Positions 18,703-28,336 of a stretch of DNA of 34,246 nt are shown here, in pieces. Position 1 is the stretch's first letter; every line of letters starts with the position of its first letter. Below the pieces are notes generated by a model. The model was not told where the DNA came from, ran no database searches, and worked only from the letters and a program-made list of their open reading frames with translations. The DNA comes from an uncultured virus (IMG/VR IMGVR_UViG_2061766007_000575) (Duplodnaviria; Heunggongvirae; Uroviricota; Caudoviricetes). Position numbers and translations under genes: made by a program. The stretch is taken from IMG/VR virus record IMGVR_UViG_2061766007_000575, one strand, 5' to 3'.

Positions 18703-21700
18703 ATGAGTGAAATGTTGAAAAAGCCATATAAGATTACCCTCTGGGAAGATAGAAATGTTTATATTGTTAATGGTCAAAAAAAGTATCAATTAGAAGAAAA
18801 TGATATAGTTCAAAATCAATATTTAGAAGAAGTTTGTGTTGCAACAATTGGTTCTGATACAATGGATTCACCAATTCGTGCTTTCAATCCAATTTTAACT
18901 GAAGAGTTGAATGGAAGTAAGACTTTTACTTTTACTGTTTATTCTAGGTATTGGGATGATAAAGATGAAGTTTTTAAAGATAATCCTTTTACTAAATTAT
19001 TAGTGAATGAAAGAAAAGTTAAATTAAAGTATGAAGCAGAATGGTATGATTTCATTATAAAACAAGTTCAAGAAAACTCTGAAAACTATAGTTATACCTA
19101 TACTTGTAAAGATCTTTTTGTCAACGAACTTGGAAAAACTGGTTATGCCGTTGAACTTGATACTGAACTTCAAAATAATATGGGTACAATTACTGAATTA
19201 GCTGAAACTATATTAGATGGAACAGACTGGCAAGTTGATAAAGCTAATACTGATAAGTTAATTCAGAAAAACAAAGAGAGTTTATTTACTTATGTTTTGC
19301 CACAAGATATTACTAATGCTACATATTATTTATCTGGGGAATCTTATGATACTATTGCCGCAGGTCAAGTAATTTTAGTTTTTAATTCAAGCCAAGCAAA
19401 TCATGAAAACCCAGTTCAGTTTTTATATAAATCAGGCGGTTCATATTCAACAATTGATGAAGCGATAGCTGATTTTTATAAAACTGATGATTATGGTTTT
19501 GTAAAAAATTGCGATAATTTAAGTGCAACGTTACCAGCTAATTGGTGGTTAGAAGTTTATCCAATCAATATGTTTGGAGAAAAAATGCTTCGAAAGCAAA
19601 AGACGAAGTTCTTTCCTCAAATTGGAGAGGTTTGTGGAGAATATACTAAAAACAATCTTACCTATTATGCTTATACTGAACTTGATTATGCTTCTGTAAC
19701 TGAAATTCAAAGTATGATAAGTAATGGTTGTGGATTTATTAGTACCAATGCTTGGATTGTACCTGATGGCGCAAGTGGTAGAGTAATGCTTTCTTCTACT
19801 TCTACTGGAAGTGGGCAAAGTACAGTTTATACTTGTGCTCTTAATTTACAAGGTACTGTTTATAATACTGGCTTTTATGATAATCGTGCTGCTTTATCTC
19901 CAAACGGATTTACTAATGGAGAAAGATATGTATTAATGGTAAAAGGTAGTTCTAATTTAGGAAGTGGCAGTTACTTAAAATTAGTCGGTGCAGCAGGTAA
20001 TGAATCAATTAATCAATTTTTGTCTTTTGATGAATTAATTGATGATAATGTAAAAACAAGTGATTGTGTTGGATATAATATTTATTTAGCTACTTGTGAT
20101 CAATCTATTTCTTATTCTAATTTACTTAAAAATTATAGCGATATGCAGTTTTATTTAGACTTCTCAGGAGATTTAAATGATTGTAAAGTTTTTAAATATA
20201 GATTAGATGAAAATGGAAAATTAATAATCCCAGATTTACAATCTACTGCGAATTCAATTATAAAAACTCGTTATAATTTCTTTGAAGAATCAAATATTCC
20301 AAATCAATCCATTTGGACTAAACAAGATTTAGAAATAACTGAAAGTCTTTTACAAACTGATGCTAATTTTAATAACTATACACCAGTAATGGTAGATGGT
20401 TGTGAAAAAGTTACTTCAATAACTGGTTCGAAATCAAATCGTTTTAATTTAATTCAATCTCTCTGTGAAGCATTTGAATGTTGGGCGAAATTTACAATTG
20501 ACCATGATGAAATTGGGCGAACTATTTATGAATATGTAGCAGTTTCACAAAATGATTTTTTAGTAGGTAAACGCTATTATCAAAAATTGTCTGGTACTTC
20601 AGAAGATTATTCTGATGACAATAATTTTGAAATTTATACAGGAACTTCTTATCCACAAAGTGGTTCTCTTTATAAAAAAGTTTATCATAAAAAAGTTTGT
20701 TTTAAAGAATATATAGGTGATGATAATCCAGTTGGCTTCCGTTATGGAATAAATCTTAAATCAATTCAGCGTAATATCGTGTCGGATCAAATTGCTTCTA
20801 AAGTAATTGTTCAGCCTAATACTAATGAATTTTCGCCGAATGGTTCTTGCACGATTCAGCAATCTATTTTAAATCCAACTGGAGAGAATGCACTTTATAA
20901 TTTCCAATATTTTGTAAATCATAATTTATTAGATGGCGCGGCGCTCAGTGATGATTTATATGGAATGAATGGTGGTTTAGGATTTTTCTCTAAAATGAGG
21001 GAATATAATGATAATTTACAGCCCTATATAAATCAATTAACTGAGATAAGCAGTACTTTATATACGCTTCAAAGTCGTCAAGCAGTTTATGATGCTATGA
21101 TGACTGAAGCGCAAAGACTTTTAAATGAAACTACCCAAGAATTAAATGCTACTGGATATGATGATAGTAGAACTAGTGTACCAGATTATGTAAAAACTTT
21201 AAGAGATAGAAAAAAGACTTACAATGGTACAATTACATATTATACCGATTTAAAAAGTCGAAATGAAAGTTTATTAAATGCTTATACCACTAAGTATAAT
21301 AATGTTACAGAACTTTTAGAAAATATTCGTGAACAAAAAGATCAGCTTAATTATGACTTTGAAAATAAATATTATCGTTTCATCCAAGAAGGTACCTGGA
21401 ACTCTAATGATTATTATGATCCAGAGCTTTATTATCAAGCCGCTTCAATGGTTTTATATACTTCTTCTTTCCCACAAGTTTCTTATACAATCAATGTGTT
21501 GGAAATAAGTCAGATTGAAGGTTTTGAGCCTTATAAGTTTAAAATTGCTGATAAAACTTATATTGAAGATACAGAATTTTTTGGTTATGATAGACAGGGC
21601 CGACCATATAAAGAAGAAATTGTTATTTCTCAAGTTAAATATAATTTAGACGATCCTTCACAAAATACAATAACAGTTAGAAACTATAAAACTCAGTTCC

Positions 21701-23910
21701 AAGATTTATTCCAGCGCATGGCCGCGACTTCTCAATCTTTACAATATCATGAAGGTGAATATCAGCGTGCGGCAAGTGCTATTAATGATGATGGTACTAT
21801 TAGTTCTGCTTTAATGCAGAATACACTTGAAGCTAATGCTTTAGTAATTCAAAATGCTAAAAATCAATCAGTTACTTGGGATGAAACTGGTATTACAATT
21901 AGTAACTATTTAAATGCTAATGATATAGTTAGATTGACAAGTAGTGGAATTGTTCTGACTAAAGATGGTGGCGTGAACTGGACTGCTGGTATTACTGGTG
22001 ATGGAGTTAATGCGGATGTAATTACTGCCGGTCGCATTGATACTGATAGAATTCGGATTTTTAATAAAGCGATGCAGCAAACTTTTGAATGGAATGATAA
22101 AGGTATTAATGCTTATATGACTGGTGGTTCTTATTATGATGATCAAGGAAACACTCAAACTTTAACAGATGAAATTAATTATGGGCAATTTGTTAGATTT
22201 GATAAATATGGATTATATGGTTATAAAGGCGGATATCCTGCTTGGGATCCAGATGCGCCGGATAATCCTAGTAATCCAAGCGAAGGTGTAAGAGGAGTCG
22301 ATAAGGCTATAAGAGATTCGATTTTCTCTTTAACTTGGAAGGGATTGAATATTAACATCCCTGCGGGAAGTCAAACCACACCTGTCATTACAATTGGGCC
22401 GAGTAGTGATCCTGTTTTTCAAGTTGATGAAAATGGTAACGTCATTTTAAAAGGTAATATTACTTGGGGTAATAACGCGCCTTCTTCAACCAATGTTTTA
22501 TATGCAAGAAATAAAATAGCTAAACCTGTTGATAGTACTAGTAGTACTTATGAGAATTATTTTGATAATGATACCACCCAACAGATTAATTTTGAGCAAG
22601 ATGAGACTTATGGTTGGCAAGTTAGCGAATTAACTCGTACTACTAGTGGCATGCAAAATACAATATATCAATCTACAAATCAAGGAATAAATAATTCTTA
22701 TTCAATAGTTAAAGTAATCTTTTCTGGATATACAACTTTTAGTATTAATATTAGATCTTATGGGCCAAGTGGTAGTTATGTTGTTGCTTCTTTATTAGAT
22801 GCCAATCAACCTCCTACGTCTTCTTCTGGGGGTCAAGGTGCGGCGACATCTCAGTATTCTAATACTTATACAACAGTTACCTACTCTTCCTTAGACAGTA
22901 ATGAACACCATATTTATATTGTATTTTATAGGCCTACTGTTTCAACTACAACTTTAAATGAAGATTCCGGATATTTTCAACTTCCTGTTGTTAGTTCTTC
23001 TACAAATACTTGGCATAAGATTTATAATGCAGATTTTGATAATTATGCTTCTTATAGTTATGATGGTGGAAAGACTTGGTCTGAACCAATGACTGTTGGA
23101 TTAAGTAGTAAAGATGTTTATAAAGCTTTGGTCAATGGAACCAGTACAGAATTAGGCTTATTCCATACAGCTGATGGTAAGTTGAATATTAATGCTAGTT
23201 ATATCAATGCAGGAACGATGTCAGCAGACTATATTTCTGGTGGAACTCTTGATTTTAATAATATTTCAGTTAATAATTTAAGTGCAAGCAGCATTTCTAC
23301 AGGAACTCTAGATGCTGCTAGGGTTACTATTAATGGGACTCCTATTATTACAAATATGTCTGGCGGTTCTTCGTCTTCAACTTCAAAAGTTAATAATAGC
23401 TATATAGATTTAAAGGGAATAATTGTTTATAATAATAGCGATCCGCCTGTTGAAGCTTTTTCTGTGGATGGCACAACAGGACAATTAATAATGGGCAACT
23501 CAGCTGGAATTAATGTTAAATTAGTTGGAAACACTTTGGGGCCTAGTGGGTTAATGTTTAGCTATGCTGGAGATGAGTTAGGACGATTAGGAAGAGATTT
23601 AAATGGAGATGTTTCAATAGCAGGAACTTATCATCGTTCCTATTTAAGAATAAGAAGTATACTTGGCAATGGTAGTTATTCTAATTATGGCTATTTTATG
23701 GTAAATAGTTTAGAAACATCAGAAGATGTTTATAAAACTTCAATGCACATAGGAGATCCCTATAATTTAAATGGAATGTGGATAACAATGGCTAATAATG
23801 GAAATGATACAACAGGAGGACAGATTTATTTTATACAAAATGGTAATAAAATAACCTTAGATAGCTTGATATCTGGTAGTGGTGGTTCTTCTACTGCAGT
23901 ATTTGGTTAA
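18703..23910 (+). CDS. Tal-like tail tip / minor structural protein with fibre or spike C-terminus
   Basis: 1735 aa after Dit. N-terminal hub-like region ('LVNERKVKL', 'SNRFNLIQSLCEAFECW', 'FRYGINLKSIQR'), a coiled coil, and 'GVNADVITAGRI' and 'INASYINAGTMSADYISGGTL' repeats typical of phage tail spikes. Confidence 0.8.
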   Translation: MSEMLKKPYKITLWEDRNVYIVNGQKKYQLEENDIVQNQYLEEVCVATIGSDTMDSPIRAFNPILTEELNGSKTFTFTVYSRYWDDKDEVFKDNPFTKLLVNERKVKLKYEAEWYDFIIKQVQENSENYSYTYTCKDLFVNELGKTGYAVELDTELQNNMGTITELAETILDGTDWQVDKANTDKLIQKNKESLFTYVLPQDITNATYYLSGESYDTIAAGQVILVFNSSQANHENPVQFLYKSGGSYSTIDEAIADFYKTDDYGFVKNCDNLSATLPANWWLEVYPINMFGEKMLRKQKTKFFPQIGEVCGEYTKNNLTYYAYTELDYASVTEIQSMISNGCGFISTNAWIVPDGASGRVMLSSTSTGSGQSTVYTCALNLQGTVYNTGFYDNRAALSPNGFTNGERYVLMVKGSSNLGSGSYLKLVGAAGNESINQFLSFDELIDDNVKTSDCVGYNIYLATCDQSISYSNLLKNYSDMQFYLDFSGDLNDCKVFKYRLDENGKLIIPDLQSTANSIIKTRYNFFEESNIPNQSIWTKQDLEITESLLQTDANFNNYTPVMVDGCEKVTSITGSKSNRFNLIQSLCEAFECWAKFTIDHDEIGRTIYEYVAVSQNDFLVGKRYYQKLSGTSEDYSDDNNFEIYTGTSYPQSGSLYKKVYHKKVCFKEYIGDDNPVGFRYGINLKSIQRNIVSDQIASKVIVQPNTNEFSPNGSCTIQQSILNPTGENALYNFQYFVNHNLLDGAALSDDLYGMNGGLGFFSKMREYNDNLQPYINQLTEISSTLYTLQSRQAVYDAMMTEAQRLLNETTQELNATGYDDSRTSVPDYVKTLRDRKKTYNGTITYYTDLKSRNESLLNAYTTKYNNVTELLENIREQKDQLNYDFENKYYRFIQEGTWNSNDYYDPELYYQAASMVLYTSSFPQVSYTINVLEISQIEGFEPYKFKIADKTYIEDTEFFGYDRQGRPYKEEIVISQVKYNLDDPSQNTITVRNYKTQFQDLFQRMAATSQSLQYHEGEYQRAASAINDDGTISSALMQNTLEANALVIQNAKNQSVTWDETGITISNYLNANDIVRLTSSGIVLTKDGGVNWTAGITGDGVNADVITAGRIDTDRIRIFNKAMQQTFEWNDKGINAYMTGGSYYDDQGNTQTLTDEINYGQFVRFDKYGLYGYKGGYPAWDPDAPDNPSNPSEGVRGVDKAIRDSIFSLTWKGLNINIPAGSQTTPVITIGPSSDPVFQVDENGNVILKGNITWGNNAPSSTNVLYARNKIAKPVDSTSSTYENYFDNDTTQQINFEQDETYGWQVSELTRTTSGMQNTIYQSTNQGINNSYSIVKVIFSGYTTFSINIRSYGPSGSYVVASLLDANQPPTSSSGGQGAATSQYSNTYTTVTYSSLDSNEHHIYIVFYRPTVSTTTLNEDSGYFQLPVVSSSTNTWHKIYNADFDNYASYSYDGGKTWSEPMTVGLSSKDVYKALVNGTSTELGLFHTADGKLNINASYINAGTMSADYISGGTLDFNNISVNNLSASSISTGTLDAARVTINGTPIITNMSGGSSSSTSKVNNSYIDLKGIIVYNNSDPPVEAFSVDGTTGQLIMGNSAGINVKLVGNTLGPSGLMFSYAGDELGRLGRDLNGDVSIAGTYHRSYLRIRSILGNGSYSNYGYFMVNSLETSEDVYKTSMHIGDPYNLNGMWITMANNGNDTTGGQIYFIQNGNKITLDSLISGSGGSSTAVFG

Positions 23911-23921
23911 GAGGTAGATAA

Positions 23922-24860
23922 ATGGCACAACTTGAAATAGTAACTTATACTCCATATAGTATTACAGTGAAATTGACTGATTTAGTGGCAAACTGGCCAA
24001 GTCCAAATACTGGAGTTACAGAAAAAAGAAAAGTAACTTGGAAATATAAAACCTCAAGTGGTTCTTATACTACTGCTGGAACTAGTTATTTAGAAAATTA
24101 CAGTAGTGAAACAGAAAGTGATAATTATACTTTTTATAACTTAAATAATAATACATTATATTACGTTCAAGCAATTATTAGTCATTCAACTTGGGGAAGT
24201 ACTACCTATAGCTTTGAAACGAGTCAAACAACTCAAAAGCTTTCTGGTACTTTAATTTTTAGAAATTATCCAACTCGGACTTCTATAAAATTTGGTATAC
24301 TTAATCCTTCTTGTGGTTATTGGAAATGGTACAAAAAAGAAAATGGGACAACTAGTTGGGGAAATTCTATAACCTCTATTTGGTCATATCTTGGTTTTCA
24401 AGAAATTAATTATACTTTTACTAACTTATCATCTTTTGGAGATTCAACTTTTTATGATTTTAAAGCAGTTTTAGTTGATAACAATGGCAATACTTTAAAA
24501 ACAGTAGAATTTGATAGAATTAACTGCGCTCCTTCAGCTGGTTTTTATGTTAAAGATTTTTCATATAATACTTGGAATGCTATGGTAGATAGTGTATATA
24601 ATTTACGAGGAGCTTGGAGTAGTTCGTATGCCTCTTCAACAAATACAAAAATGACCTCTCAAAATAGAACATTAACTACCACTCGAATGAAATCTTTATG
24701 GTATAATATAAAATTAGGTGGTGGAACTATGAAGACCATTTCTACACTTTCAACTGATAGTAATGGAGTTCCTTTATTTACCACTAGTACTGAAGTAAAG
24801 GCAGATTGGTTTTATGATCATATTCCAGAAGGAATTGATTCTATGCCTGATAATTCTTAA
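23922..24860 (+). CDS. Putative virion / receptor-binding protein with FN3-like domains
   Basis: S/T/Y/W-rich; 'YTFYNLNNNTLYYVQA' and 'YTFTNLSSFGDSTFYDFKA' resemble FN3 strands; follows the tail-tip gene. Confidence 0.5.
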   Translation: MAQLEIVTYTPYSITVKLTDLVANWPSPNTGVTEKRKVTWKYKTSSGSYTTAGTSYLENYSSETESDNYTFYNLNNNTLYYVQAIISHSTWGSTTYSFETSQTTQKLSGTLIFRNYPTRTSIKFGILNPSCGYWKWYKKENGTTSWGNSITSIWSYLGFQEINYTFTNLSSFGDSTFYDFKAVLVDNNGNTLKTVEFDRINCAPSAGFYVKDFSYNTWNAMVDSVYNLRGAWSSSYASSTNTKMTSQNRTLTTTRMKSLWYNIKLGGGTMKTISTLSTDSNGVPLFTTSTEVKADWFYDHIPEGIDSMPDNS

Positions 24861-24863
24861 AAT

Positions 24864-24892
24864 TTGACTTCTTCTTAAAATTCTTATATAAT
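24864..24892 (+). promoter_or_regulatory. Sigma-A/70-type promoter
   Basis: TTGACT (24864-24869), 17 bp spacer, TATAAT (24887-24892), upstream of the 24924 ORF. Confidence 0.75.
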
Positions 24893-24923
24893 ATAATTAG
24901 AAAGTAAAAAGGAGTCGAATTAA

Positions 24924-25307
24924 ATGAAACTTAAATTTTCCGACCTTCAATCTTTTTCTAATTCTTATTCTGAAATCAAAGATGAAAAAATGTCAATAAA
25001 TCTTGCTTTTCAACTTTCTCAAATCTCAAAAGCAGTTTCTGAATGTATGACATTTTATCAAGAAAAAGCTTCACATTACTTTGAACAATATGCAGAAAAA
25101 GATGGAGATAATTACAAACTTACTCCCGATAAAAATGGAGTAGTGTTAAAACCTGAAACGGCGAATGAAGCGCGCCAGAAATTCAAAGAACTCGATTCTT
25201 ACGAGTTTCCAATTGAAGTCAAAAAAATTAAACTTTCTTCATTAAATGATTTAAATCTTTCTCCCTCCACGTTGACAGGTTTACTTCCCTTTATTGAAGA
25301 AGAATAA
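24924..25307 (+). CDS. Hypothetical phage protein (DUF1617-like)
   Basis: 127 aa with AAGGAG RBS; the pattern 'MSINLAFQLSQI..EQYAEKDG..IKLSSL..LSPSTL..LLPFIEE' recalls small proteins found after tail-fibre genes. Confidence 0.5.
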   Translation: MKLKFSDLQSFSNSYSEIKDEKMSINLAFQLSQISKAVSECMTFYQEKASHYFEQYAEKDGDNYKLTPDKNGVVLKPETANEARQKFKELDSYEFPIEVKKIKLSSLNDLNLSPSTLTGLLPFIEEE

Positions 25308-25345
25308 AAGAAAAGACCTCATCATTTCGATGAGGTCTTCTTTTT
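25306..25345. terminator. Bidirectional terminator between the convergent modules
   Basis: A-tract, AAGACCTCATC-ATTTC-GATGAGGTCTT, T-tract. Confidence 0.85.
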
Positions 25346-26060
25346 ATTCCCAACTTTCTACTTTCGGTTTTTCAGAACGCGTTGTCGCGAAATGACCGAT
25401 GCCAATGGCATCGGCGCAATCATCGTTTACTGTAACATCATACCACTCTTTTATTTTGAGTTGCATTGAACGCTTTTTATCTGTTCGAGTTTTTCCTTTC
25501 ACATTACAATAATTGCGCCAAGTCGCTGTATGACATACAGTATATTTAACTCCTAATTCATCTATTGCACACATCAGAATACCTTGAAGGCGTGCGAGCT
25601 TTGCATATGTTACCGCACCAAACTTCTCTTCATATTGAATGCCCTCAAGTGCTATAAAATCTGGCTGCCAATTTTCTATCATGGAAATCAGCCAGTTTTT
25701 TATTTGGATGTCGCGTTTTATTTCGTCTTTTTCTTGAGTTTCAAAAGTTCCGTATCGTAGAAGGTTGTTGTTTGAAAAAAGCGCCCAGCCAGTAATGTGC
25801 GTGGCTTGATCAAGAGATAAAACTCTATATTCTCCTTTCTTTTTTGGAAGTAATGTTTGCTCAACTTCTTTAAATTGATTTTGTCTACAGATGGGGCAGT
25901 CGCGCTTTGTACGCATTTTCTTCCATGTACTATAAACACGATGCCCCTCTGGACATTCAAAAATCAGTTCACTATCTAAGTTTTTATACTCAGTAGAAAC
26001 TATTTTCCAATTTTCAGAATCTAAAACTTCTTGAATCTGAGGAATTGTAAAGCGTGCCAT
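25344..26060 (-). CDS. RuvC-like Holliday junction resolvase with N-terminal Zn ribbon
   Basis: RNase H-fold acidic residues in 'LSLDQATHITGW', 'IALEG' and 'NDDCADAIGIG'; N-terminal CPEGH...CPIC. Confidence 0.75.
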   Translation of the reverse strand: MARFTIPQIQEVLDSENWKIVSTEYKNLDSELIFECPEGHRVYSTWKKMRTKRDCPICRQNQFKEVEQTLLPKKKGEYRVLSLDQATHITGWALFSNNNLLRYGTFETQEKDEIKRDIQIKNWLISMIENWQPDFIALEGIQYEEKFGAVTYAKLARLQGILMCAIDELGVKYTVCHTATWRNYCNVKGKTRTDKKRSMQLKIKEWYDVTVNDDCADAIGIGHFATTRSEKPKVESWE

Positions 26061-27013
26061 TAGACTCCGGTAGAGCCAAATCCGCCGCCACGATTATCGC
26101 CAATTTCTTCAACAGAATCGACTCTAAAGAAGGCAGCCTTTGGCACTTCTGAAAGAACTAATTGAGCAAACTTTTCCCCCTTTCCGATTGTATAAGATTG
26201 ACCATATTCAATATCACCTTCGGTTAAAGGAAGAGGTTGAGTGGTCTTAGCTCCATTTTCATGAAGTTCAAGAATTTGTTCTCTTAAATGAATCGCGCGA
26301 ATTGGAGGATCAACATTTTCAACAATAACTCCAACTTCATCTCTATAGCCTGCATCAATAGTGCCTGGAGTATTAGCAATTCGAAGTTTTGTTTTGAGAG
26401 CGCGACCGCTCTTTGGACGCACTTGTAGTTCATACCCCGGCGGCAGTGCAACTTTAAAGCCCGTTGGTATTAACTTTGTCTCACCTGGTGCGATTGTATA
26501 GTCATCAAGGGCATAGATATCAAGTCCACTATCATCAATATTAGCATATTGAGGAATTTTAGCGTCTGGGTGACAAAGTTCAATCGGAATTTGAATAATG
26601 CGTTTCGCAATACCTTCAGTTTCTTGAACTGCATTGACAACAGAACCCATAACTTCTTTTAAAAAGTCCTTTTTCTGATCTGATAAGCCTTCAATCTCAT
26701 CAATTTCATCCACCATTGGAAGGAAAATTTGGAGTAAATCTTCGGCTTTGGCGCCGGATGCGTTCAATGACTGAACAAGACTTATCTTATCATTTGGATT
26801 ATTGAGGGTTTGTTGAAAACTTTGAAGGACACCTGGCGCGAGAAGCTTAAAGTTTTCCTCGTCCATTGAGAGAAATGTCATAAATTGCTTTAAAATTGCA
26901 TTTTCTTCATTGTCTTCGCTTAAAAGTTCTTCAAGAGTTTTAGAAATTTCTTGGACTTGTTCTTGAGTAAGAGTTTCATCCTTTTTTTCTTCTAAATCTA
27001 TGATATCTGCCAT
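26060..27013 (-). CDS. dut: Trimeric dUTPase with ~135 aa N-terminal extension
   Basis: All five motifs are present: SGLDI, RPKSG, GTIDAGYRDE, FAQLV, RGGGFGSTG. Confidence 0.9.
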   Translation of the reverse strand: MADIIDLEEKKDETLTQEQVQEISKTLEELLSEDNEENAILKQFMTFLSMDEENFKLLAPGVLQSFQQTLNNPNDKISLVQSLNASGAKAEDLLQIFLPMVDEIDEIEGLSDQKKDFLKEVMGSVVNAVQETEGIAKRIIQIPIELCHPDAKIPQYANIDDSGLDIYALDDYTIAPGETKLIPTGFKVALPPGYELQVRPKSGRALKTKLRIANTPGTIDAGYRDEVGVIVENVDPPIRAIHLREQILELHENGAKTTQPLPLTEGDIEYGQSYTIGKGEKFAQLVLSEVPKAAFFRVDSVEEIGDNRGGGFGSTGV

Positions 27014-27014
27014 T

Positions 27015-27341
27015 TTATTTCTCCTTGAAGGTTATATTTCCAGTTGTTGAGCTAGTATAAGTTGAATCTGAACTTATAGTAGCATTAGAAGTAATTGAAT
27101 CTCCACAAGTTATAGTTCCTTCTGTTGAAGTGCTTGTAGAAGTCCAAGTAATCGGTGAGTAATAAGGCCATTTATAATAATAAGGACAACTACCATATCC
27201 ATAAGGACAACTATAAGTTACAGAGCTACAAAACTTCCTTCCATCTTTATAACCTTCATCATATTTTTCTTTTAAGAGTTTTTCAAGTTCAGCCTTAGTG
27301 AGGTCTACTTTTCCACTTTTTACATCAACATAAATAATCAT
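27015..27341 (-). CDS. Hypothetical protein
   Basis: 108 aa with 'YDEGYKDG', a Y/C/P-rich middle and S/T-rich tail; translationally coupled within the operon. Confidence 0.6.
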   Translation of the reverse strand: MIIYVDVKSGKVDLTKAELEKLLKEKYDEGYKDGRKFCSSVTYSCPYGYGSCPYYYKWPYYSPITWTSTSTSTEGTITCGDSITSNATISSDSTYTSSTTGNITFKEK

Positions 27342-28057
27342 TTATCTATTTCTCCTATAAAATTTTTTAATTTTTTATCAATATCATCATTTTTATAAAT
27401 GTATAATATTGGAATTTTATTGGTAATACAAAATAAATATTTTTGTTGGTCATTATATTTTCGTTGTATATAACTTTCCTGACCACCAAATTTTTTAACT
27501 GGATAATAATGTTGTTCTCCCTGATATTCAATTAAACCAGTTAATTTATTGTTTTTAAAGATTCCAAAATCAAATCTTAATTGGCCGCCATTATACCCAG
27601 TTAGTTCTTGAAACTTATACTCTTTCTGATATTCAATTTGATGAGTTGATAACCATTGAAGAATTAAAAATTCTCCTTTTGACTTCATACAACCACAAGA
27701 TTTTTGATTTCCTGATCTTAAATCTGTACCGGCTACATTACATTCTCTACCACATAGACATTTACAATGCCACATTATTTTATTACAATTGGAATTTTCA
27801 ACTCTATATAATACTGTTAAATATCCATAAATGTTTCCGGTTTCATCTATATAACCAGAACGTTCTTTTTTAAGAGGGCAGTTTCTTCCACAAGTAGTAA
27901 TTCTTCCCGTTCTTAAATCTGAACCTCTTACTATTTTAGTATTACCACAATCACATTTGCATAACCATGCTGTTCTGCCATTTTTATCTTTTGTTAATTC
28001 AATAGGAGTTAAAAAACCATATTTATTACCTATTTCATCAATTAGTTTTTGACTCAT
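27338..28057 (-). CDS. Free-standing homing endonuclease (two CxCxCG DNA-binding repeats plus a PD-(D/E)xK/Vsr-like nuclease)
   Basis: 'WLCKCDCGN..GSDLRTG..TCG' and 'WHCKCLCGR..GTDLRSG..SCGC', then 'SKGE', 'LRFDF', 'IEYQGEQHY'. ATG at 28057 behind GAGGTG. Confidence 0.8.
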   Translation of the reverse strand: MSQKLIDEIGNKYGFLTPIELTKDKNGRTAWLCKCDCGNTKIVRGSDLRTGRITTCGRNCPLKKERSGYIDETGNIYGYLTVLYRVENSNCNKIMWHCKCLCGRECNVAGTDLRSGNQKSCGCMKSKGEFLILQWLSTHQIEYQKEYKFQELTGYNGGQLRFDFGIFKNNKLTGLIEYQGEQHYYPVKKFGGQESYIQRKYNDQQKYLFCITNKIPILYIYKNDDIDKKLKNFIGEIDK

Positions 28058-28109
28058 TTTTCTCACCTCTACTTAAAAGTAGATTTTATAGTCAAAAACT
28101 TCACCTTTT

Positions 28110-28325
28110 TCAGTCTTCCCAAATGTCTCCATAAATAAGAACAATTTTACAAAGCCACTTCTCACTTATAATTTCACCTTTGGATTTTTTAGTTTTATGG
28201 GTGTATCCGGCAGCGCCTATAATATAGCCTTTTTCACTGGCTTCTTTACGATACTGCTCAATACATTCTTTCGCGCCCTCTTCAGTATCTGTCCTCAGTT
28301 CGAGGGTTTCCTTTAAAAGTCTCAT
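28110..28325 (-). CDS. Hypothetical protein
   Basis: 71 aa ORF with GGAGGAG RBS. Confidence 0.6.
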   Translation of the reverse strand: MRLLKETLELRTDTEEGAKECIEQYRKEASEKGYIIGAAGYTHKTKKSKGEIISEKWLCKIVLIYGDIWED

Positions 28326-28336
28326 TTTCTCTCCTC

